Source of the DNA: an uncultured Gemmatimonadales bacterium
GTDB taxonomy: Bacteria; Gemmatimonadota; Gemmatimonadetes; Gemmatimonadales; Gemmatimonadaceae
Direction of reading: 5' to 3'
DNA: 64,000 nucleotides
Assembly (NCBI GenBank): GCA_963850905.1
Contig: CAWKMU010000003.1
Span: 1,088,001-1,152,000 of the forward strand
Under the pieces are notes generated by a model. That model saw only the letters and a list, made by a program, of their open reading frames with translations. It was not told the origin of the DNA and searched no databases. Positions within the stretch are counted from its first letter, which is position 1. Each line of letters begins with the position of its first letter. The translations under genes were made by a program, and so were the position numbers. This document shows positions 38,767 to 47,795 of this stretch, in pieces.

Positions 38767-41415
38767 TCACCGTGCGCTTTGGTTTGCTCGCGCGAGCTGT
38801 TCGACCATCGCCGGGAACCCCGTTATCACCTTTAGGGTTGCGGACTGACGCTCCGGGCTGTTGAGCAACACCAAGAGCCGGCCGTCAGGACTTATCGCGT
38901 GGTTCCAGGAGAACGACGACAAGAACGAGCCTTCGACAAGGAGCTGGGGCCGGTCCGCCCGGAACCCTCCGGCTGTCGAGAGATGCACGCGATAATAGCC
39001 AGACCCGTTGCGATAAATGACGGCATCGCCCTGGGGGGTCCACACGGGCATCTGGCCCCGCTCCGCGATTGCGTAAACTGCGCCCGTCGGTGGCACTGGG
39101 GACACGCCGACGCTGCCGTCGACTCCACCCCACGCCAGCCACCGTCCATTCGGCGAGAAGCTCGCCGCAACTCCTCGCGCCGGCACTCGCGTTCGAGTCG
39201 TGTCGGCGCCGAGTGATCGCAGGTACAAATCCCCCGTGCGCCAATCGGAAAAGACGAACGAGCGTCCGTCAGGAGCGACCGTCATGTACGATGCTCCTGG
39301 GAGGCGGACGTCCGTCCCCTGGCCGGTCTCGAGCGATTGAATGCGCGCGCCGTAACTCTTGAACTGTACGGGATCCCAGAGGCCGATCATGATTTCTCGA
39401 CTCGACGGCGGGACCCACGAAGCCGGAAATGCGCGATAGTTGCCCGCGACAGGAACGGTCTGCCTGACACCGTTGGCAAGATTCATCAACAGCACTCGCC
39501 ACCCACCAACAGCATCCCGCACTTGCACGGCGAGCGTGGTACCGTCGGGCGAGATCCTCGGTTGGTTGTAGGCATCGCGCGGAAAGGGAAGCGTATCGAT
39601 CCGACCTTGAGGTGTGACGAAGGCGATTGTGTTGTAGACCTGATTCGTGCCGGGCACATAGACCAGCGTCCCGTCGTGGGCGATCGCGAACTCGCCATAC
39701 CCAAAACCAGCTTCCATGCGCACGCCGCTGGTGAGTGGCACCGGACCGCCTGCCACCCGTCGCTTCGAACCGTCGAAAGGCAATGCGGTCAACACGCCGT
39801 CCCCTGCGCCATAGACGAGATATCCGGGCTCCACCCAGTGGGGGCTGGTACCAAACAGGAGGTCCGACTGCCCGACATCACCCATTGGCAACACCCCGCG
39901 CCGCGTGACGGCGAGCTCGGTGCCCTCCGAAAGCGACAGCAGCGCGAGCTGTCCGGAGCTGAGCTGTCCGACTGCCCACCGACCACCGGGCAGTACATTG
40001 GGAGTACCGAACTGCGTCGTTAGGCGAACAATCGAATCGGCCGCAGTCCCGTTGGCCGTTACCCAGTGCAGGTCGAACCCCTCGTTCTCGAACACGAGGA
40101 TACGGCTCGGCGTCGGCCAGGCAGCTCCAGTAATGCGGTCGACGACCCCGAGGGTCGCCGGCGTACCGCCTCCGGCGGCGACCTTCCGAAGGAGGTTGCC
40201 GGAGAAAAATCCGATCCAGGCACCATTGGGGGAAAAGAAGGGGAGATACGCTCCTTCCGTACCCGGCAGGATGATCGCAGAATCGCCGTCGAACGGCCGC
40301 ATTGCCAGCGCTGTGGTTCCGCTGTGCGGCACGACGTACACGAGGCGGTCGCCGGCAGGCGCGATAGCAATTGCCGTCTGCCACCCCAAGGCTGACGTCG
40401 GTCCCGTGAGTGCGACGGGCGCATCGGTCGGGAGCACAAGATTCCAGCGTCGGACGGTGGAGGGCGCCCCTGGGTTCATCAGTCTCGCGACTGCGATACC
40501 GATCACGATTCCCGCGCACGCGGCGAGCAGCGGAATGATGTGATGGCGTCGCACACCCTTTCGCACTCGTGGCTGAGACGAAGGGCCCGCTGTCAACGCA
40601 GCGGCGAAGTTCGCAGCCGTCGCGAATCGGTCGGCGGGGATCGGCTCGAGCGCGCGGTGGATCGCGGCGGCCGCGGCTGGTGGCACGGTGCGGCGGCGCT
40701 CATCGAGCGGCTTCGCCTCGGTCGTCATCATCGCGGCAATGACCGCCTGCGTCGTCACCCCGGTGAACGGCGGATCGCCGCACAGCATCTCGTAGGCGAC
40801 GCACGCGAGGGCGTAGATATCGCTGCGTGCATCGATCGCCCGCTCGCCGGTCGCATGCTCCGGGCTCATGTAGCTCGGCGTGCCAACGAAGATGCCACTG
40901 TGCGTGAGTCGTTCTCCACCGGAGGTGCTCACGGCGAGCGCGATGCCAAAGTCCGCGAGCATCGGCTGCCCATCGTGCAGAAGAATGTTTTCGGGCTTGA
41001 TGTCGCGATGCAGAACGCCATGCCGGTGGGCGTAGTCGAGGGCGCCTGCGACTGCGCGGGTGATGGAGAGGGCCTCGTCGACCGGAAGTTGGTGCTCGCG
41101 CCTCAGGCGCTCTCGCAGCGACTCGCCCGGCACGAATGGCATGACGTAGTACAGCAGGTCGCCAGCCGCGCCCGAGTCATAGAGGGGCACGATGTGGGGG
41201 TGCTGGAGCTGTGCGGTGAGGTGAATCTCGCGCAGGAATCGATCAGCGCCCAGCAGCGACGATAGCTCGGGGCGCAGCATTTTCACCGCGACCTCTCGCT
41301 CGTGTTTGATGTCGGTGGCGACGAACACGATTGCCATGCCGCCCTCTCCCAGCTGCCGTTGGATGCGGTAGCGCCCGGAGAGGCTCGCCTCGAGTTGCTC
41401 TTGGAGACTCGGCAC
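38767..41415 (-). CDS. Hanks-type Ser/Thr protein kinase with TM and TolB-like beta-propeller
   Basis: GEGGMAIV, VAVK, HRDIKPEN, DFG, GTPSYMSPE; repeated FSPNG/SPDG blades. Confidence 0.93.
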   Translation of the reverse strand: MPSLQEQLEASLSGRYRIQRQLGEGGMAIVFVATDIKHEREVAVKMLRPELSSLLGADRFLREIHLTAQLQHPHIVPLYDSGAAGDLLYYVMPFVPGESLRERLRREHQLPVDEALSITRAVAGALDYAHRHGVLHRDIKPENILLHDGQPMLADFGIALAVSTSGGERLTHSGIFVGTPSYMSPEHATGERAIDARSDIYALACVAYEMLCGDPPFTGVTTQAVIAAMMTTEAKPLDERRRTVPPAAAAAIHRALEPIPADRFATAANFAAALTAGPSSQPRVRKGVRRHHIIPLLAACAGIVIGIAVARLMNPGAPSTVRRWNLVLPTDAPVALTGPTSALGWQTAIAIAPAGDRLVYVVPHSGTTALAMRPFDGDSAIILPGTEGAYLPFFSPNGAWIGFFSGNLLRKVAAGGGTPATLGVVDRITGAAWPTPSRILVFENEGFDLHWVTANGTAADSIVRLTTQFGTPNVLPGGRWAVGQLSSGQLALLSLSEGTELAVTRRGVLPMGDVGQSDLLFGTSPHWVEPGYLVYGAGDGVLTALPFDGSKRRVAGGPVPLTSGVRMEAGFGYGEFAIAHDGTLVYVPGTNQVYNTIAFVTPQGRIDTLPFPRDAYNQPRISPDGTTLAVQVRDAVGGWRVLLMNLANGVRQTVPVAGNYRAFPASWVPPSSREIMIGLWDPVQFKSYGARIQSLETGQGTDVRLPGASYMTVAPDGRSFVFSDWRTGDLYLRSLGADTTRTRVPARGVAASFSPNGRWLAWGGVDGSVGVSPVPPTGAVYAIAERGQMPVWTPQGDAVIYRNGSGYYRVHLSTAGGFRADRPQLLVEGSFLSSFSWNHAISPDGRLLVLLNSPERQSATLKVITGFPAMVEQLARANQSAR

Positions 41416-41508
41416 GGTGCAACGAGAGGCTACGGATCAGGGCCGGGGCGTGGGCCCCGCGCCCTGATCCGCGACTCGGTCGACTTCCTCACTAATCGCG
41501 GCGCTCGG

Positions 41509-42240
41509 CTATCCTCCGTAGCAATACGTGCACCCCTTCTCCTGGGCACGGTTCACGGCCAGCACGCCGACCGGCACGAGCGTCATCCCGGGCAACAGAT
41601 TTTGAGTCCAGTCTTGCTTGGCAGCGTCGGCGCTTACCCCGGCACCTTTCGCCGCCATACCGCTCAAGACGGTCAGCGCGACGTTGCACACGGTGAAGAT
41701 CACCCCGCGATTGGTCAACGTCGGGATGTCGGAGCCCGGGGCTCTGACGCCATCCGCATGCGTGTACGGGTTGCGCACAGCGGGCGCGTTCGTGACGGGG
41801 TCGGTGACTTTGAATGTCTCGCCGATCTTGTACTTGGCCCACATGGCATCGGGCAGTGCCATGGGCATGGAGAAGTGCCGGAAGCCCACGACCGCCGTCA
41901 GATCCTTGTCGGTCAACCCGTAGGCTACGTGGTTGAGGTCGAGGAAGTTCATTGCGAACGCCAGTGCGAACCCGTCATTGTAGGTCACGGCATCAAAGAA
42001 CTGCTTGTGCTTCCCTGTGATCTTGTCGAGCCACGCGTCGCTCCAGGGGGCTCGCGCGTGGCCGGCGCCCATGGATGGTGCACTCATGCTCGCGAACGCC
42101 TCACCCGGCGCGAAGGGAATCGCGGCCGCGGCAAGTGCAACAGCGCCGACGCCGAGTTGCTCGAGAAACTCTCGCCGGCGCGCGGTCGCACCGGGCACCT
42201 CCAACGGTGCCACCTGGTTGTGCTCGAGTCTGCTCTGCAT
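41509..42240 (-). CDS. Tat-exported DsrE-like protein
   Basis: GGAGG RBS, RRREFL Tat motif, RGVIFTVCNVA and LVPVGVLAVNRAQEKGCTY. Confidence 0.65.
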   Translation of the reverse strand: MQSRLEHNQVAPLEVPGATARRREFLEQLGVGAVALAAAAIPFAPGEAFASMSAPSMGAGHARAPWSDAWLDKITGKHKQFFDAVTYNDGFALAFAMNFLDLNHVAYGLTDKDLTAVVGFRHFSMPMALPDAMWAKYKIGETFKVTDPVTNAPAVRNPYTHADGVRAPGSDIPTLTNRGVIFTVCNVALTVLSGMAAKGAGVSADAAKQDWTQNLLPGMTLVPVGVLAVNRAQEKGCTYCYGG

Positions 42241-42464
42241 GGTCGAACCTCCATGTGTGAGAGCGGTCGAACGATGTGTGTCCTATCTCCACTTCGGGCG
42301 CCAAGCGGCGCCCGTCCTACCTGCCAGGAGCCTGGGAATCGGTGGAGGCGAAGCGGCAGTTCGGGTTCCCGGCGAACGTGTCGTGGTTCTCCGTCGTCGT
42401 ACCTGCACTGGCTAAATCGACCTTGCAACCATAACCCCGTCGGGCCGAGCCGGCCATGGCCGGA

Positions 42465-43361
42465 TTACGGACTCAAGTCCGGGGAGTAGTACAGCGCGAA
42501 CTCGATGAACTTCGACACCTCGACCATGTCGTGCCCCACGAACTCGATGGAGTGCGCGTTGGTCCGCTGCACGATCGGCAGGTAGCTCAGCGCTTCGGCT
42601 GGCCGGTAGTTCTTGAACGTCAGCCCGAGGTGGATCGGTGCCTTTGCTACGTACGGGTGGAACTCGGCTCGACGCGCGACACCGGCTTTGACCTTCTCGC
42701 GAATCAGCGCTTGCGCGGCCTGCGGCGTCATCGTCGCCGCAGCGTGAAAGCTGATCGCGCGCTTGACCACGGCACCTTCGATCGGGCCGATGATGCGCTG
42801 CGCTTCGGCGACCGCGACGTTGTCACCGGAGATGGCGACGACGGGGACACCGAATTCGCCGGCGATGGCCGCGTTGACCCCGGCCTCATCCATGAAGATG
42901 CCGTTGAGCTGGACAGCCGCGAGAGTCGCACTGGAAAACGTGTGGGCGCGAACGCCGGCCGGACTCGTCGTCGATGCGTGATATCCGATGAAGACCGCGG
43001 CCGCGAAGGAGGAATCGATGCCCTCCATCATCCCCAGAGGACGGGGCGACGACCGGACGATGGTCACGTCGGGCGAGAACTGCTCGATCAGCAGGTTCTC
43101 CTGATTGCCGTGCGAATCGCTGATGACGAACTCGGTCGCCCCTGCGTCGCGCGCCCCCTGAATCGCGGCCAGTGTCTCCGAGGTCATGAACTGCCGAAAC
43201 CGCTCGTACTCGAATCCACTCGGCAGGAGTTGGTCGGCAGTGACCACGCCTGCGACACCTTCCATGTCCACAGAGATGTAAACCTTGACTGGGCGCTGGG
43301 CAGTGGCAGCGGCCAGAGGGACAAGCGCGAGGACGGTCGCAAAACGCAACGAGCGATGCAT
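42465..43361 (-). CDS. M55 family D-aminopeptidase (DppA-like), secreted
   Basis: YISVDMEG, DSHG, GMMEG, IGYHA, AHT, ISGD. Start ATG 43361 with signal peptide. Confidence 0.9.
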   Translation of the reverse strand: MHRSLRFATVLALVPLAAATAQRPVKVYISVDMEGVAGVVTADQLLPSGFEYERFRQFMTSETLAAIQGARDAGATEFVISDSHGNQENLLIEQFSPDVTIVRSSPRPLGMMEGIDSSFAAAVFIGYHASTTSPAGVRAHTFSSATLAAVQLNGIFMDEAGVNAAIAGEFGVPVVAISGDNVAVAEAQRIIGPIEGAVVKRAISFHAAATMTPQAAQALIREKVKAGVARRAEFHPYVAKAPIHLGLTFKNYRPAEALSYLPIVQRTNAHSIEFVGHDMVEVSKFIEFALYYSPDLSP

Positions 43362-43435
43362 GATCGATGGGGGGAGGAGGTGGACCGCGAAGATATCGAT
43401 GCTCGAGCGGAGCGACCAGGGCGGCCGTTGGCCGG

Positions 43436-44284
43436 TCAGTGCGCGCCGCGTACGGCCGCTACCGGCAGATCCCGCTCTGCCGCCCAGCGCTCCCACTCCT
43501 CGGCGGTCCTGCTCCGGAAGATCGCGCCAAGTGTTTCGGCGGTGCCACGCTCCGCGCTCACCCCCAGCGCATCGAGGAGTCCACTCATGAAGTGCGGCTC
43601 GAGTGCGGCCACCGCGATCCACCCGTCGGCCGTCTGATAGAGGCTGTAGCCCGGAAATCCGCCCCCCAATACCTGGCCAGGAGCCGTCACTCCGAACCGG
43701 AATGGGTCGGCGAAGGCATCGACCGCGTCCGACAGCGCCACATCGTGGCGCGAGATCCCTTGCCCACGCTCCCGGCCAAGGAGCGCCGCCAACGCCGCCT
43801 GGGCGGCGCGCTCCGCGCCGGCCAGGTCCGCGATCAGGCTCCGCGGCATCGCGGGCGGATCCAGCAGGCCCGATTGCGCCTGATACGTGAGGTCGTGACC
43901 GGGCTCATTGTCGCGTGGGACCGGGTATCCCACGATCGCCACGTGGCACAACTGCGGGTAGCGCGGGCGCAGGGCCGCCCACCCCAGTCCGAGTCGCTCC
44001 AATGCAGCCGGCCGAAGGGCTGTCACCAGGAGATCCGCCGACCCGAGCAGGGCGCCCAATCGCTCGCGCCCCGCGGGGTCCTTCAGATCGAGCGTGGTTG
44101 TCGCCTGCCCGGTCCGCAGCGCCTCGTACCATGGCCGACACATGTGTGCCAATGGATCACCGCCCGGCGGCTCGACGATGATCACCGACGCGCCATAGGC
44201 GCGGAGCCGCTGCACGGCAACCAGCGCGGGGACGTAGACCGCGATGCACACGACGCGGATGCCTTGCAGCGGGGAACTCATCAT
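43436..44284 (-). CDS. Family III CoA-transferase (CaiB/BaiF)
   Basis: VEPPGGD, LDLKDPAG, ERLGLG, GHDLTY, ADLAG, ALEPHF. Confidence 0.85.
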   Translation of the reverse strand: MMSSPLQGIRVVCIAVYVPALVAVQRLRAYGASVIIVEPPGGDPLAHMCRPWYEALRTGQATTTLDLKDPAGRERLGALLGSADLLVTALRPAALERLGLGWAALRPRYPQLCHVAIVGYPVPRDNEPGHDLTYQAQSGLLDPPAMPRSLIADLAGAERAAQAALAALLGRERGQGISRHDVALSDAVDAFADPFRFGVTAPGQVLGGGFPGYSLYQTADGWIAVAALEPHFMSGLLDALGVSAERGTAETLGAIFRSRTAEEWERWAAERDLPVAAVRGAH

Positions 44285-44414
44285 GGGGCGGGAGGTTGAG
44301 GGAACGGCGCGGCAGGAGCAGGGCCTTGCGACGCGCCCGCGCGGACCAGCAATCTAGGCGACTCTGGTAGACTCCTACGGCGACCCGCCAGGGTTCGACG
44401 GTCGGTCGCTGCTC

Positions 44415-47400
44415 GTGCGCTCTCTTGTCGGAGGAAGTCCCGTGGGTGCTCTCTGTCGCCGCCGCAGCCGAGTCGCGGTGCACCATCTCGCCATCGCTCT
44501 CAGCGGAGTCGGGCTGCTCGTGTCCGTTCGCGCTCGGGAGGCCGCCGCCCAACAGTCGACGAGTTACGACACGCTCCTCTTCCGCGCTCTTACGTGGCGC
44601 GACATCGGCCCGTACCGGGGGGGCCGTTCCGTCGCAGTCATGGGATCGCCCGCCCGACCGCAGGAGTATTGGTTTGGCACGACCGGCGGCGGTGTGTTCA
44701 AGACGACCGACGATGGCATCCACTGGACAGCGCCGAGCGACAAGTCCTTCGGCGGCACGGTCGGCGGCATTGGCGTGAGCGAGTCCAATCCGGACATCGT
44801 GTACGTCGGCACCGGTGAAGGCGACATTCGGGGCAACGTTTCGCACGGCGACGGTGTGTACAAGACGACCGATGGCGGGAAGACCTGGACGCATGTCGGA
44901 CTCGTCGAGACCCGACAGATTTCGCGAGTCCGCGTGGACCCGCACAATCCCGACATTGTCTACGTCGGAGCCTTCGGACACGTCTGGGCACCGAATCCCG
45001 AGCGAGGTCTCTTCAAGACCACTGACGGCGGCAAGACGTGGGCGAAGATCCTCTTCCGCAACGACTCGACCGGTATCTCGGACGTGATCCTCGATCCGAG
45101 CGACTCGCGCACGATCTACGCCGCGTTCTGGCAGGCCGGGCGCAAACCGTGGATCCTGGTCAGCGGCGGAGCGGGGAGCGGCATCTTCAAGAGTGTCGAT
45201 GCCGGTGCGACCTGGACCGAGTTGACGCGGAATCCGGGGCTGCCACGTGGCATCATCGGCAACATCGGCCTCGCCGTTTCGGCGGCGAATCCGCGGCGGG
45301 TCTGGGCGCTCGTCGAGGCTGACTCGGGCGGTGTTTTCCGGTCCGACGACGGCGGTCAGACGTGGACTCGCACGAACAGCGAGCGCAAGCTGCGCCAGCG
45401 CGCGTGGTACTACACCAAGATCTACGCCGATCCCAAGGATGCCAACACCGTCTACGCGCTGAATACGAACTTCTATCGCAGCACCGACGGCGGACGGACC
45501 TTCAAGAACATCCCGGTGCCGCACGGCGACAACCACGACTTGTGGATCGCTCCGAACGATCCACAGCGCATGATCGAAGGCAACGACGGCAGCGCGAACA
45601 TCTCCTCCAACGGCGGCAAGTCGTGGTCGGAGCAGGACAACGCGTCGGCGCAGTTCTATCACGTGACGACGACGATGGACTTCCCCTATAAGGTGTGTGG
45701 TGCGCAGCAGGACAACACCACCTTGTGCGGGCCGAGTGCGGAGACCGGCGGCATCGACATCGGCGACTGGCACGAAGTGGGCGGCGGCGAGAGCGGGTAT
45801 ATCCAGGTGCGTCCCGACAACACCGACATCGTCTACGCGGGGAGCTACTCGTACTTGTCGCGCAAGGACATGCGCACGGGCCTCCAGAAGGAGATCACGC
45901 CGTGGCCCGAGAACCCGATGGGCCATTCGGCCGAAGATCTTCGATACCGGTTCCAGTGGACGTTCCCAATCCTCATCTCGCCGCACGATCCCCATACGCT
46001 GTATGCAGGCTCCAACGTGCTGTTCAAGTCCACCACGGATGGCCAGACCTGGCAGGCGATCTCGCCGGACCTCACCCGACATGATCCCGCGACGCTTGGT
46101 CCGTCAGGCGGCCCGATCACCAAGGATCAGACGTCGGTCGAGTACTACGCGACCATCTTCTCGATCAACGAATCGCCGCTTCGAACTGGACTGATCTGGA
46201 CCGGCAGTGATGATGGCGTGATCGAGGTGACGCGTGATGGCGGCGGCAGCTGGACGAAAGTCTCGCCCACGCAGTGGGGCGACTGGATGCGTATCTCGAG
46301 CATCGAGCCCTCCCACTATGATCCGGCCACGGTCTACATCGCGGGCAATCGCTACCAGCTCGATGACATGCGCCCGTACCTCCTGAAATCGACCGACTAC
46401 GGACATACGTGGACGCTGATCACCACTGGCATTCCCGCGACCGAGTTCACGCGTGTCGTGCGCGAGGATCCGGTGAGGCGCGGGCTCCTGTATGCCGGCA
46501 CCGAGCGTGGGGTGTATGTGAGCTTCGACGATGGCGCGCATTGGCAGTCGCTGCAGCGCAACCTGCCCCCGGTGCCGATTCACGATCTGGCGGTCAAGGA
46601 CAACGATCTCGTCGCCGCGACACACGGGCGGTCGTTCTGGATTCTGACAGATGTGTCTCCGCTCCGGCAGATGACCGCGGCCATGACGACCGCACGCATG
46701 CACCTCTTCAAGCCTGCCACGGCGTATCGCGTCAGCTGGAGCAATCCGGGACCGGGCGCCAACGGGCCGCATCCGCGAGGGACTAATCCCCCCAACGGGG
46801 CGATGATCTACTACACGCTGCCCGATTCCATGCAGGCTGTTACGATGGAATTCCTCGACTCGGCAGGCCACCTCGTCCGGCGCCTGAGCTCACGTCTCGA
46901 CAGCGCCGGCCTCGCCGATAGCGTGGAACACGCCGACAGCGTCAAGACGGTGCGGCGTGACAGCCTCACGAAGGCCGGCGTGTCGACGGACAGCATCGCG
47001 AAGCTTCTCGCCAAACCCGATACGTCGCATGCGGACGACGCCGCGTTTGGTGACGAAGAGTCGCACCACATGCCCCGGCCGCCGCGTGTGCCTGCCAAGA
47101 AGGGCCTCAACATGTTCGCGTGGAACATGCGCTATCCGGACGCGAGCGGCTTCGACAACCTCATTATGTGGGCGGCGAGTGTGAGCGGGCCGATCGCCCC
47201 GCCCGGCCGCTACACCGTGCGCCTCACGGTCGGCAACGACACGCAGTCCCAACCGCTCATCATCAAGGCGGACCCGCGGAGTACCTCGACTCCCGCAGGG
47301 CTCCAGGCCCAGTTCGCTCTTCTCATGCAGATCCATGATCGCTTCGGCGCGGCCAACGACGCGGTCAAGACCATCCGAAACGTCACCTACCAGATCCACG

Positions 47401-47795
47401 CCGACAGTGCGGCGGGAGCGGCCTTCGCGAGCGCCGCCGCACCGGTCGTCGATCGGATGAGTGCGATCGAGCGCGACTTGTATCAGGTAAAGAACCAAAG
47501 CGGACAAGACCCACTCAATTTTCCGATCATGCTGAACAACAAGATCGCGTCGCTCGCCGGCACCGTTGCGAGCGCGGACGGGCGACCGACGGCGCCGTCG
47601 TACGCCGTGTTCCGCCTGCTGTCGGCGCAGCTCGATACCCAACTCGTCGCCCTCAAGGCCGTGCTGGCCACCGATGTCCCGAAACTCAATGCGATGCTGC
47701 GCACTGCCGGACAGCCGGAGATTGTCCCCCGCGCAGTGGAGCCGCCGACACCCAAGCCGCCGAAGACGACCGCGGTGACGAGTGTAGTGCAATGA
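44415..47795 (+). CDS. VPS10/sortilin-like BNR-repeat protein (putative glycosyl hydrolase)
   Basis: WRDIGPYRGGRS, many S/T-x-D-G-G-x-T-W Asp boxes, HGDNH, GAQQDN, RFQWT, ATHGRSFW. Start uncertain. Confidence 0.9.
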   Translation: MRSLVGGSPVGALCRRRSRVAVHHLAIALSGVGLLVSVRAREAAAQQSTSYDTLLFRALTWRDIGPYRGGRSVAVMGSPARPQEYWFGTTGGGVFKTTDDGIHWTAPSDKSFGGTVGGIGVSESNPDIVYVGTGEGDIRGNVSHGDGVYKTTDGGKTWTHVGLVETRQISRVRVDPHNPDIVYVGAFGHVWAPNPERGLFKTTDGGKTWAKILFRNDSTGISDVILDPSDSRTIYAAFWQAGRKPWILVSGGAGSGIFKSVDAGATWTELTRNPGLPRGIIGNIGLAVSAANPRRVWALVEADSGGVFRSDDGGQTWTRTNSERKLRQRAWYYTKIYADPKDANTVYALNTNFYRSTDGGRTFKNIPVPHGDNHDLWIAPNDPQRMIEGNDGSANISSNGGKSWSEQDNASAQFYHVTTTMDFPYKVCGAQQDNTTLCGPSAETGGIDIGDWHEVGGGESGYIQVRPDNTDIVYAGSYSYLSRKDMRTGLQKEITPWPENPMGHSAEDLRYRFQWTFPILISPHDPHTLYAGSNVLFKSTTDGQTWQAISPDLTRHDPATLGPSGGPITKDQTSVEYYATIFSINESPLRTGLIWTGSDDGVIEVTRDGGGSWTKVSPTQWGDWMRISSIEPSHYDPATVYIAGNRYQLDDMRPYLLKSTDYGHTWTLITTGIPATEFTRVVREDPVRRGLLYAGTERGVYVSFDDGAHWQSLQRNLPPVPIHDLAVKDNDLVAATHGRSFWILTDVSPLRQMTAAMTTARMHLFKPATAYRVSWSNPGPGANGPHPRGTNPPNGAMIYYTLPDSMQAVTMEFLDSAGHLVRRLSSRLDSAGLADSVEHADSVKTVRRDSLTKAGVSTDSIAKLLAKPDTSHADDAAFGDEESHHMPRPPRVPAKKGLNMFAWNMRYPDASGFDNLIMWAASVSGPIAPPGRYTVRLTVGNDTQSQPLIIKADPRSTSTPAGLQAQFALLMQIHDRFGAANDAVKTIRNVTYQIHADSAAGAAFASAAAPVVDRMSAIERDLYQVKNQSGQDPLNFPIMLNNKIASLAGTVASADGRPTAPSYAVFRLLSAQLDTQLVALKAVLATDVPKLNAMLRTAGQPEIVPRAVEPPTPKPPKTTAVTSVVQ

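Noticed and set aside
42241..42464. Possible riboswitch or small ORF upstream of the DsrE-like gene
   Set aside because: No recognisable consensus; an Rfam search would be needed.
43362..43622. N-terminal extension of the M55 peptidase
   Set aside because: It overlaps the CoA-transferase, and the signal peptide begins at 43361.
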